Source: Schizochytrium sp. TIO01 (lineage: Eukaryota; Protista; Bigyra: Labyrinthulomycetes). Taken from it: a DNA stretch of 64,000 nt. Positions 10,194 through 22,350 of this stretch are shown here, piece by piece. The notes below the pieces were generated by a model, which was given only the letters and a program-made list of their open reading frames with translations, was not told the origin of the DNA and did not search any database. Each line of letters opens with the position of its first letter. The first letter of the stretch is position 1. The stretch spans positions 4,164,845-4,228,844 of the forward strand of contig SMSO01000014.1 of NCBI GenBank assembly GCA_004764695.1, given 5' to 3'. The position numbers were made by a program, and so were the translations under genes.

Positions 10194-13100
10194 AAACAAC
10201 AGCGGCAGCTTGAATCCTCAGGCTGGCTGAAAGTGGGTGTTCTGAAATCGAATGGCTCAATGATGATCGTAGAAACCGCCCGAATGATGAAATTGGCTTC
10301 GCAAACTCTGCAGATTTGAGTGACCTAACCTATCCACCACCATACTTCGCTGCGCTTTCCTTTTTTAAAATACTCAAGAGTGAACTAGCCCTTGAAAGCT
10401 CCAATGTTGCTCATTCCTGCGTAGGTATGTATGTGTTTATTGAGGTACGATGGTTTTATCGCCGCGGCTTTTAGAAGCATGTAGGATAGATATCTTCTCG
10501 ACTATACACGAGCAACTAACTGTATAACGAGACACCTCAAATCGGCCCGCTGAAGACCAGCACGTCTTCGAGGATGGTAAATGGATAATTGGGTGGGTGG
10601 CTTATCGAACGCTCGAGTTGCCACTGGGTACGAGTGAATGCGAATGCGAATGTGAATGTGAATTTTAATATGCATATGAATGTAAACGTGAAGTACTTCC
10701 ACTACCTAACTAAACCCGTGTGCATGCGCGTTTCCAAATAGTGTTTTCCTTCCGTGGCCACCCTACGAAGTCCACCTGAATCTCTCTGCGCCTCTGTTTC
10801 GAGGTCCTTCCAGTCCCAGTCTCGAGCACTTGAAGTTCAACTTGTAGGCCTCCGCATTTATATTCCCAATGGTCCTTTTGGCCCGACTTTAGTTTGTCTA
10901 CAAATGTAATGAGCTCTAAACATCCTCATCCGATCATCGCAAGAACTTCGAGGCGGAACTACCAAGTTACAGCGCATCCATCATCACCTTCCTTTTTTAT
11001 CAAAAGAAGAAGCCAACAACCAAATCCACAGCAAACGAAGCAAAGCCATTGAAAGCTGCCTGGTTTCGAACAAAATCTACTCGCCTTTGGAGGTTCTGCG
11101 AGGAGTACTGGGCACGCTCTGCATTGTGTTTTCACCCAGGCAGAAGGGTTTGAAGGACAGCTTCTTCGACTTACTTTTGCAGTACCCATCAACAATTCTA
11201 ACAATTCTTGCCAAGTTTCAGGATCATTACAAAAGAGGTGCTTTGAACTAACTAACTAAATAACTAAATAAGGAACTAAATTCTGCTTTCTTTGCCGAAG
11301 TTTTGACGACAACCTCCGGACTTGGAGCTGCTCCGGGTCTCTTCTCCGCGGGACCCTTCTGCGGAACGGTATCAGGGCCGCCCTCGAGGAGCGGGGCGAG
11401 CCGGGGCACTTGTTCCGACGCCCTGCTCACTGCACCGGGCGCGATCTCGATGGCATTCCGCGCGAATTCCAAGACCCAACACGAGCGTGCCCCCGCGGAG
11501 ACCCAGCTCGCCCACCTGCAAACGCTTGGCGCGGCTTCTCGCCCGTCCTCCTGGAGCGCTAGCACCCAACGGCGCCCTCTTTCTGCGAAGGAGACCCAGG
11601 AGGCGCCGCGAGGACGCGGCCTTGGACGCTCCAAGACCAAGCAAGCCAAGCCCGCGATGAGCAGCTTGCACAACAACGTTGTTGTGCAAGTTGCCCAAAA
11701 TGCCAACCATCAAGGTGACCGACCGTGAGAGCACGATCCCCAAATGGATGCCTTCGTCGTCCTGAAGCTCGACTCGTTCAGGAGCGAGTCGTGTTGCGGT
11801 GATGAATGAATCCACATCGATTGGAATCATCATCGTTCTCACCCTCAACATCTATCGCGAGGTTCTCTTTCCCCAACTTAAGCCTTACAGATCCTCGCGC
11901 TCGAGAGGGAGGATCCTGCGGAGACGGAGTCAAACTCGCTTGCGAGGCAGGGGCCGCCGACTATAAGGCAGAGATGGTGTTCGGGGACGATTGATTCGTG
12001 TGGTCAGCGAGGTTCTCCTGATGCGCTTTGACCACCACGAAGCAACAGCGGCCAGGTGCTTCTTCCCCACCCATCCTCCTGCCAAATCAATCACAAGCTA
12101 CTTCTTCAAGCAGCGACGGGGAACACTTGCAGCGCCAGCCGTATCCAGCACGCACGGGCTCTCTCTCTTTGCTGCTCCACCTCGAAGAGCCTCGAAGAGG
12201 AGGAAGGCCCCAGCGAGCCCGGACCTCGAGCACTCGGAATGTCGGCCCGCCCGGTGATCAGCGCGCTGCAGCTCGAAGGGCTTCAGGCCTCGAAAGCACG
12301 ATCACGACGGACTTGACGGCGGCCGCATTCGATCAAATCTCTAGCTAGAGACACCTTTTACGTGTAAACAGAGGCCCAGCTGGATAACTGAGACTGCACT
12401 TGAAGTCGAAGCATTCATGTCTGCGCCTTCACGAGAGAGAACTCGAGGTTCTCCTGGAGAACCCGACTTCATGCAAAGTTGAGTTCACTCGCTCGTGGAA
12501 GAATCGAGGGCCCAAATCGACGACGGTGGACGACGAAAGAGATGGAGATCGTTTAGCTTACCATAGGCCGCCCGAAGAGTAATACATCCATCTATCAGAA
12601 GGAACTTTGATCCAACTTCGACCAAAGACTTTCCAAGTTATTCGTAAGGAAGGCATGAACGAAGGAAGGAAAAGGTCGATCCCTCGACAGGATAGCTCAA
12701 GTACTTGATGAATTAATGAATTAATAAATTTATGAATTATGAATTATGAATTAAAAATCAAACAATCAATCAATCAATCGATCAATCAATCGACCAATCA
12801 AAGCGTTGAATTTATGGCGATCTTTGACTGCTGTTCTTTGGTCCACCCTCGAGCTTCGCGGAAGCTCCTGGAAACAGCCACGCGCTCACAGGCCAACACA
12901 GCACAGAGTTGCGGTGAAACTTTTGCGGCACAGCACGACTCGGCAGCCCCGCAGCCGCCTCCACACAGTCACCTCTTGAAACAGCTACAGCTGTGGTTCT
13001 GTGGAGCAAAGCGAACCGACGCCGGCCCCTCTTCCAACTCAGTCGAAGCGCGCTGCTTTAAATTCAAAGCGCACTGCTTTTAAATCGAAGCAGCTAAGTA

Positions 13101-16100
13101 ACCTCGATAGCGAATGCTGTCTGTTTGGTATTGCTGCTGCTGCTGCTGCACGTCTGCCTCGTTCGGCGATGAGCAGCTATCCTGGAGAGTCAAACGTTGC
13201 ATTCTGTGCACCTCTTTCGTTTGCATGATCACGATACGTGCTTTCTGAGGCAGCTTCCAAACTTCATCGTCGTGATAACAGATCTAAAGATACGTGTGTG
13301 TTGGTTATAAGATTTCTTCATTTGTTGATTTTATTTACTTTGACTTTATAAATTAATTTGAAAAGAAAAGAAATAAATAATTAAACAATCCAAATAGCGT
13401 AACAAAAAACAGTGAACTTAGAAGTGTCGCTTTCATGGAAATCGTGATAAGCGAGAGGTTATCCGGGTACCTAGGTACCTAGATTAGAGCGGCTCGAGTG
13501 ACAACGCGAACTTGATGGCGCGTGGTCTCGCGCTCCGTACCTACTTCCAATGCTGGCGCAACCTCGGATTCAAGTCGTTCGAAAGTTTGGTGTGCGATTC
13601 CTACAGCATTGCGGCCATTGCCATCCATCATTGACCGTCAAAAGACTGTTACAGAGTAAGTGAGTGAGGGAGTGAGTGAGTGCATAAGTACACACACTGT
13701 GCAACACAGTGCACATGTTTTGATGTTGATTTGGCTAAGAAACAGAAGAACCATAAGTTTGGAGTCAACGCCAACAATCTAATCGCAGTCATCGAAGAAG
13801 TCGAGTTGAGGTTGCACACCTGCTCCACCTCGAGCGCCTCTTTCACGAGCAGATGCATGCTGTTGCTGCTCCAATATCTAGCTGTGCGGAGGGAGTCAGA
13901 TTCCTCGCGATTCCTGGGCTCCACGACGGTGTCTGAGTAGAGACGACCAAGATGTTGGGCTCCGCTCCTCGCCTGGCAGGAGCCCGACCTGCGTGGCTTC
14001 GGGCTCGAGAAGCGCTGGAGAGACCGCCCGCCTCCAATGCATGATGGCATCATGCAAGCAGGCAAGCCACGATGGCCAACCAGGACTCAATTCTATTCGC
14101 TCGACGATCATGAAAATGATCCACTTCTTCAAGTTCTTGTTGTTGTTGTTGTTGTTGTTGCTGTGAAAGATGCCTTCGGCCAATATCGAGATCCGAGTCG
14201 AAAGGACCACGACAGTTTTCAGATGGATTCAGCCAAGCATACGTATTGCATGCCGCCGTAGCACGTTTTCGAAGATTGATTTTGTCAGCTCTTCGAGAAA
14301 CTAGCTACCTAAGCAGCAGAAGCACTGGCTGACTCAAGTTGCGCTTGCGGTTCTCGAGGTCCTCAGCGGCGTCGGCGATGGGGTCGGCGAGGAAGCCCGA
14401 CCACTCATTTACATGCCAATGAAGTCATGATGGATGCACTATCAAAGCGAATCAAACGGAGTCGAGTTGAAGTCGAGAAAGTCAGGCTGCTACTGCCAGC
14501 TTGTCTGCCAGCTTATCTGCTAGCTTGTCTGCTAGCTTGTCGAATGGAAGCAGTGTGGTACACGGACAAACTGAACAGCTTTGGGCGGCTGCTTTGGACA
14601 GCTTCGCGGAAAATACTGGTGGCTTTACTGTGGTGTCGCTGACCTCCTTCGGCAGCCAGCTCAACAAACAGAGTTATACTGCTGACCGATCAGATCATCT
14701 CCGCCGTGCTGAACAGCTTCTTTACCGCCGTCCTCACCATCCTCATCACCAAGAGACGATTCATCTGAAGTCGCCCGCCCTCCTGCTTGTGCATCTTGTC
14801 AGGCAGGAGACGACTAACATGCTCTGAGAAGACCACGATCATGGCAACTTCGACGGACCTGAATGAAGAAAGAGCTGTGGAAGTTTTTGGAGCCCAGGCA
14901 TTCCTTTATCTGCCCACCCCGCAAAGGCAAGTGCTGTCTTTGGCAAGAGTCCCAACAATTTGCGAACCAACCAACCAACTTACTTCTTTCAACTTACTTC
15001 AACAAACACTCGGAAGACGGATTGCTTCAGGTAGCGGCTCAAATAGCCTTCAATCCGCATGGCTGTTTTGTCAACACACCCCAACAGGTAAGTCACCTCC
15101 ACTTGGTTTCTTCTGCTTCTTCGCAAGCTGGCCAGCTTCGAAAAGTAGACTGCAGCCGAACCCGCCTTGATCTTTCAAAGTCCTCCTTCAAGTTCGACGC
15201 CACGCCCTCTGGAATCCTTCGGTCCATCAAACCAACCACACGATCTCCTTCACGCCCAGCTTTCAAGTTCAAGTCGCCTCCAAAGCACGACTTAAGTCTC
15301 TGCAGGTCAGAGCTATCCTGCTTTCAACAATCGCAATTCTACGCGGATTTTATCACGACGATCACGACAGTTCTAATGAATTCCTGCTCTCCTCGGCTCA
15401 CTGCGTGTCCTACCGCCGCCGGCTACGAGGAGTCCTAGCAGTAGCGTTTCTTCTCATGGATGCTGGCCGTCCAAGTGGAATCGTGGAGAGACGTTGACAA
15501 TCTCGGGCTCCGGGTGTGTGCCCAGCAGGTCGGTTTTGGCTCCAAAGCTGCGCGGTTGATCCGGGCCAACCTTAGCTCTTCGACGAAACAGCAACTCTTG
15601 GACCTCTTGGCTGGTTGGGGAGAAGCTTGAGCTTACAGCTCCGAGGTCGTGATTCCCTCGGTTTGCTTGCTCAAGCGAAGCTGCGAAGATCGCTTTTGTC
15701 TTTCTTTGGGTCTGGACCAGTCTCGATCTTCGTACTAACCTATAGATGCACGAAGGCTGAAATCTTCTATACCCCACAGAGGGTTTCTTTTCAATAAAAG
15801 AAACTAGCAACCGAAGGTGCTGGCACTACGCTTTCCCAGCGTCTGACATCGAGTTGAGATTGCAGCGCCGCTGTTATCGGTGCCAAATTTAGTCGATCTA
15901 TCATGCAATTTAAGTTAAGCTATGGTACAAAAAAACCTATCATACAGCCTTCATCCAATCGTGATGGTTCGCGAATCGACCTCTTTGATTCTCCGTTCTC
16001 AGAAAAACTTCGATTTTCCACCCCACCAAATAAGTTCAAGGTGGGTATATTTATTTATCTATTGATTCTTTCTTTTTACATAATAAATAAACCAATATAA

Positions 16101-19100
16101 ACCATGGTCATTATGAGTTCAAGTTCTCTCTTCAATTTCTTTCCAACTTAAACTTAAAACTTTGGTACGTTTATATTATCTTTACTTAAAAATAAAATTC
16201 CAAAATGAAGTTTTAAAAGATTATATCCAAATATTTATTCATATTCGGCGATGGAGAAGAGGAGGCAGAGAGAGAATCAAAATGTAGAAACCCACCCCCA
16301 AAGAGCGGTCAGCAGGACCTATGATCTCGAAAACTGTCGCTCGAGGGCCCCTCAGACCAGGCTGCGACGTACGTGTGTACAACGCATTTCGGGGACGAGC
16401 ACGCGGCCGTTTGGCTTTCTCCTCCTTCGTTCGCGTTGATACAAACAGCGAGCAGCAAGTGCTCCCGGCTTGAGCCAAGTCCCGCGCCAAGGCTGGAGAT
16501 CCTGGCGATCGGGCTGGACCAAAGACATCGCTGCTGCTTCGCGCTGTCCAGTGCTGGCCAGCTCATTCTTGAGTGCTGCGCTGCTCCGCCACCACAAGCT
16601 AGAGCTTCAGCCCCCCTCACCACAGCCCTCCCTCAGTAAAAATTAGAGGAAGAAAGAAAAGAAGGAACTCCAGCGAGGATCTTCTTTGGGTTGGCCGGTT
16701 CGGAGAGGCCATTCGAAGACTTCTTGTGGCTGTGCTGGCGGCAACGTCGGTTTAGAATGGTCCTATGGCCATGGCCATGATGGGCAGGAATAGGCTCTCG
16801 GAAGCGACAGCTGACTCATTCTCGTGGTTGCATTATTTTGCCTCAGTGATTTGCTTATGGTTGAGCTCGTTTACTCTAGAGTTGCTCCAGAGATCTAATT
16901 CTGGGTACGCTGTATTTTCTGATCTTGGTCTTTATTATTTTAAAGACTTTTTTTCTTTTTTTTAATATAATAATAATAATAACTTAATTGGAAAGTTTTA
17001 AGATCTGTCTAGTTTTCTACTAATTCACCTACATAGTTGGTAAGGATGTAGAGTGGGCTGATGCTCGAAAGCTGCGGGGGTGCGCCTCAAAAAGAATCAC
17101 AACGCGCTAAGGGTGAGCGTTAGGTCTATGTGGGAACTTTCGAGAAGCAAGTGTAGCTTTTCTGTTTCCCGCAGTGCCTCATTACCCTCCACGCATCCCG
17201 AACGCGCAGAAGCTAGACATCCCCGCACCACGAACCCACACTCCCCTGCCCCTATCTCCGCCTTGGGACCTGAGCGCTGTCCACCTCTCCGGTAGCCACC
17301 TTTCACATCCAGCCTCGCCTTAGGCCCCGTGCCTCCATGCCTTAAGACCCGAGTTCTCGTGCTTTCGACTCTTTTGACGCAAGATTATTCCCATCTTCGG
17401 ATGACTTTTCTCCAATCATCTGTCCTCCCTCGCCTAAACCTCGCTTCCGGCTAGCTCTCGCCACTTTGCATTATTGGCTTTAAAATATTACACGTTTTGC
17501 AATCTGTCTTTAGAAAGCAAACAGCTCAGGTTTGCTACGTTATGATAAATACAAAGCTAACACCAAAACCTCCCATGCAATGCCATTGGTCCCCAGTTTA
17601 CCATCTCGATTCACTTCAATTCGATTTGAGTTTCATTCAAGTTCAACAGCTGCGTATTTCTGGCTCTTCGTCAGTACATGTGCAGGCGTGCGAGCGGTCA
17701 AGCGTAGGACGCACAGTGAACTTTGTATGGCCAACGCCGTGTACGCTCTGAGACACACACACATACACAAACGCAAGACTAGAGACGCTCATAAGAAGAT
17801 TACCATTGTCGATCAAATTTCATTTTCAGACAGTCTCGAGGAGGAAGAGAGAATTTAGACAGGTGAAGCCGGGTTTCAATGGCTTCTAGTCAGCTAGATA
17901 CGATCTTTTAGTGGTGGGTAATTTGGCGCCAATGTCCGTTGGTCAGCAAGTTCTTCAACAGCCGCATCATTTCTGCTCGCAGCGGTCAAGGTCATTTCGA
18001 GTTTCTCTTCAAGCCTTCTCTGTAAGGTTTCCGAACAGAAGTCGTCTATGCGGCACCTCGTTGTTATGTTACCTTCTAAAGAAATCAATCTTCAAGAGTC
18101 ATTTCCATTTCTACAGAAGAAAAGAAGCGAATAATTAACCACAATAAATATCACGTACTACATCCTTATTTTAAGTACACGTTTAGTTTTTTTAGCTTTT
18201 TTAGTTTCTTTAGTTTTTTGTTTGTTTTGTTTTCTGGCGTTCACTGTGTAGGCGACCCCTAGAGTTGGCAGTAGGTACCGCTAGCCGGCATGATGGTTTT
18301 GCAGTCTTTCTTCACAGTTTTCCAAAGGAAGGTCATCGAAGGTTTTGCCTGAAAATGGCCTTCGCGATGAAAGCGATAGACGGCGATACGCGGCGATAGG
18401 TCATCCTCGCGAACTCGCATCGAGCGCCCGGGCTCTCGAGCCGAGGCAGCTAGCCCCGCGGTGCGCCGGTGCGAGCCGAGCGGGCACGAGCGAGTTCCTG
18501 ACCTCGTGCGAGCTCGAGCGGCGGTGTCGGAGCTCGCCTGGCTGGCCCTCAAGCGTTGCGCATGAGGAAGCGAGTCTGCCTCTTCATCGAAGCTGCGGCT
18601 TCTGGCGGTCGTGCTGGCGGCTTCTGGCGCAGTGCTGCAGCTTACCCACTCGCGACCAAGGGAGCCGCGAGGCAGGCAGCCAGGCAGCGAGCGCCACACA
18701 GCACGCCAATCTGCGCCTCGATCCGCCTCAGTTCTTGACCTCGAGACACTGTCATCGCGAGTTCCTGAGTTCTCAAAGGTTGACAACTTCTTTTAAGATC
18801 TTCTTCTCTTTTATTATTATTTATTTGTTTATATTAATTATAAGATAAATTAGAATACTTGTAATGGAGCGCTTCGATGTATCATTTATAATTTTTGTAA
18901 CAGAAGGTGTATAATTGATTGAAGACCTATCCATCTGTTTGATTAATTGGGGATGTCGAAGGAGAAGAGGTGCCAATCGATATCGAAGACGGGAACTCCA
19001 GCACGACTTTTGAAGGATTCGGGTTCGTTTGTTTGGTTATGTTGTTGGGAGTCAGCTCTTCTATCTGTGCGCGAGTCGGATTGTAGGTTGGTTCTTTGGT

Positions 19101-20772
19101 TGGCCAATGGTCAGTTTGTTGGTGCAAGCTGTTCCAAGGAGCTTCCCCCCACTCAGTTGGTTACATTTCCTTTAGCTCTCCAGAATCCCTAAAGATCAGC
19201 ATAATCGCATAAATCATGCCACCCAACTATTCCTACTTTATGTGTATATAGAGTGTGTGCGCGCTCTCTCTATATATACATGTGTCCTTCTAAAATTTAT
19301 GAAAACAATTATCTTTATAATTAAATAAAAAACAATCTAAAGGTTACATGTTTGTCGGTGTGGCGCTTCGCCGAACGCCGCGTTAGGTTAAGTCAGAAGA
19401 GGAGTGAATATATAGGACACCCAATCGCAATAGATGACGACGACGACGACGGTGATGATGATGATGATGATGATATAGATAGATAAATAGATAAATAGAT
19501 AACGAGATTATCGAACCACGGCAGAAGGCTAGAGCAAGGGCCTTGTGCTTCTCCGTTGCTCCAAGGTGGCCCTCGCGTGAGGACCTCGGCGTCCTCAAGT
19601 GCCAATGGCCGTCACCGCCGATAAGTGGGTGGCGATGGATAACACGAAGACGCCTTCGTGGACCTGGTTCTAGCTTCTTTGAGAGCTTGATCTCGAGTTC
19701 TCGCTTCGAGAGCTTTACGATGCACGATCTTGAAGGTTAAAGAAGCGATCGCAATGGCACCATCATCCGTGGTTTAAGCCGGGAAGTACAAACATACATT
19801 AATACATACATACACATACGCACTATCTATCTACATACAAAGCCAAAGTTCCCTCCCATCGCCAGCAACGTCTAAGTCCAGAACTAGTTCGGGCTCGAGT
19901 AGATTACAGAGAAGCGGCTTCGAAGTCCGCTTTGATTGACTGCTGATTGACTGATCGCCTGATTGATTAATTGACTTACTGATTGATTGATTGATTGAAA
20001 GAGCCCACGTTTGCTTCCTTACGTTACTTACGCAGAAGCAGTTGCTTTCTAAGAGCAAGCAACAAGCAAACAAAAGGGACCTGGAAAGCATCGTCTCGGA
20101 AACCACGGAAACCCAACGCCGTCAAAGCTGAGCCAGAGTTCATCCAAATGCACACGTACCCAGAGGCAGCCGCGCACAAGTTTAGAGCCATCACCAGAAC
20201 CACCGCCTTGGAAAGCGAAGCAACGCGAATCGAAAACGAAGCAAAGGCGGCCAAAGGAAAGGAACTAAGAACAAGAAGAACCCCAAAAGAAGGAACGAGA
20301 ACAAGAACAGAGCCAACCAACTTCCTTCTCTCGCACCCTCTCCTTTGCAAGAAAGGAAGCTTGAGGCTCGCCGCAAGATCGACGCGCACACAGCGTTCCC
20401 ACAGCGGGACATTGGTGGAGGGTCCCGCTGTGGGGCAGGGCGTCTGTTGCTTGCTTGCCTCTGTGTCTCTCCGCTTTATGACAACACCGAACTAACGAGA
20501 GCTTTCCACATATACAATTTCCTTCTGATTGTTTTTGGTTGGAATAGCAAAAGTATTTGAGGTTTCATGAGGTTGGGAATGAAGAGGCAATGGATGGTTA
20601 ACTTGAGTGGAGCAAAAAGAAACAAGTAAATGTCGAACTTATACAGAGAGATGCAAACTAAGATGAAAAATGCTTTTTTATGTTAAAATAAAAATACCTT
20701 AGACGACTCTTAGTTATATGGGTAGAGGCAGTCTGACGTGTTCTTTAGGCATTGACTCACTCATTGAATGAT

Positions 20773-20830
20773 GAATGAATGAATGAATGAATGAATGAAT
20801 GAATGAATGAATGAATGAATGAATGAATGA
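20773..20830. repeat. (GAAT)n microsatellite
   Basis: About 14 tandem GAAT units. Confidence 0.95.
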
Positions 20831-21099
20831 CTCGTTCACTCATTCATTCCTTCTCTGCGCAGCTTCGAAGCGCTTCGAAGCGCAGAGGTCGATGGACGGG
20901 TGGACGGACGGCTGAAGGCCTTGCCCTCGGCCAACTATTGCTGGCACGTTCTCAGGCAGGCTTCAGGCCTGCGGAGGCCGGCTAGCGAGCCGCCGGGACA
21001 TAGGTTTGTTTCATGGCAACGCAACGAGTGAACGAACAGCGGAAAATGAAAGAAACAGAGCCATCGCATTCCTTCCTTTTCCTCCTCTGTTTGAAATAC

Positions 21100-21134
<35 letters not shown>

Positions 21135-21240
21135 ATCTGTTTGTTTATTGTATGAAAGTGAAAGTAAAAGTAAAACAACCTTTATAATAAGCAGACAAAG
21201 TGAAGTGAAGGGATGATCATATCACGCACATTAAAAAACT

Positions 21241-21317
<77 letters not shown>
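21241..21317. repeat. (AAAG)n microsatellite upstream of the orphan gene
   Basis: About 19 tandem AGAA units. Confidence 0.95.
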
Positions 21318-21318
<1 letters not shown>

Positions 21319-21615
21319 GAGAAAGAAGGATGGAAGAAGAAAAAGGGAAAAGGAAGCGACGGTTCGCGAGGCAGGAGCAGAGGGGACGCAAAGGATGTGT
21401 CTGAGGAGGCCGGGAGAAGGCGGCACGCGAGGACCCTGAAAGGGCGGCGGCGGAGAAGAGCAAACCCCAAACTCGAAGACCCGTGCAAATCAAAGAGCGC
21501 GAAAAGCACAAAGCACAAAGCACGAAGCTCGAAGCGAAATAGCAAAGCAAATCTGAAAAAAGCGAAGACAAGAAAAGAAGTAGAATCTCAAAAGCACACA
21601 GCAACAGCAGCAAAG

Positions 21616-22350
21616 ATGGTCGCACTCGTCGGTCTTGCCCGTGAACAACACGACCTCGCGCTTGCGAAGAACATGCTTGCACAACGCGAAGCAAAGGAAC
21701 TCAAGCGCTTGGAACAACAGCGTATTGAGGTGGTGCCGGTACCGCCTCGTCCTGAATCTGGCTACATGGCCAAGCTTTGGGATAACATCTATGGCGAGAA
21801 GTCGAAGCTCCAGCAGAAGATGATGAAGCAACAGCAACAGCAACTCGAGGAGAAGCGTACCGAGGCCACCAAGAAGCGCGCTCGTCGCCGTTCTGCTCTT
21901 CGTGAGGACGTTCTTGAGCGCCTTAACGACGGTGAGTCCGCCAACAAAATCTTTCAGGAGCTCCGCGATCTTCTTGAGGGCGCCGCACTCAACGATGAGG
22001 TTGTGGCCCAGGTGGTCGAGACAGCAAAGAAGGAGCATGAGGACGAACAGCACCCTGAGGAGGAGAAGCACAACGACCAACCCATGTCCCGCTCAAACGG
22101 ACCGCTCAAGCGTATCCCTACAAACTCCAACAACAGTAGCATCGCAAACCGCCGTGCGCCCAACCAGAACATTAAGCCCGCCCGCCACCCCATGCGTGCT
22201 TCAAAGTCTGACGTTGGTGTCACCTCTGCTGCTCCCTCCGCCACAGTTAAGCGTCAATGCGTGTGCCCTCACCAGGACTCCAACCAGAGCCGCTCGCTCT
22301 CGCCCAAGTCTTTTTGGAAGACCATTCGCCGCCGCGTTCTGCTTGTATAA
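21616..22350 (+). CDS. Orphan coiled-coil/low-complexity protein (244 aa), probably highly expressed
   Basis: ATG at 21616 (caaagATGG) after an A/C-rich 5'UTR-like leader; strong C/G-ending codon bias (AAG, GAG, CTC, AAC, CGC); the 21397-21615 part of the track ORF reads as UTR. Confidence 0.8.
   Translation: MVALVGLAREQHDLALAKNMLAQREAKELKRLEQQRIEVVPVPPRPESGYMAKLWDNIYGEKSKLQQKMMKQQQQQLEEKRTEATKKRARRRSALREDVLERLNDGESANKIFQELRDLLEGAALNDEVVAQVVETAKKEHEDEQHPEEEKHNDQPMSRSNGPLKRIPTNSNNSSIANRRAPNQNIKPARHPMRASKSDVGVTSAAPSATVKRQCVCPHQDSNQSRSLSPKSFWKTIRRRVLLV

Noticed and set aside
9067-20560. Many 60-200-aa ORFs in the first desert
   Set aside because: Overlapping in all frames, R/S/A/P-rich, no codon bias or domain motifs; no transposase or RT signatures
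21217-21694. FLSF-repeat minus-strand ORFs and the K/R-rich 21397-21615 extension
   Set aside because: Microsatellite translation and A-rich 5'UTR
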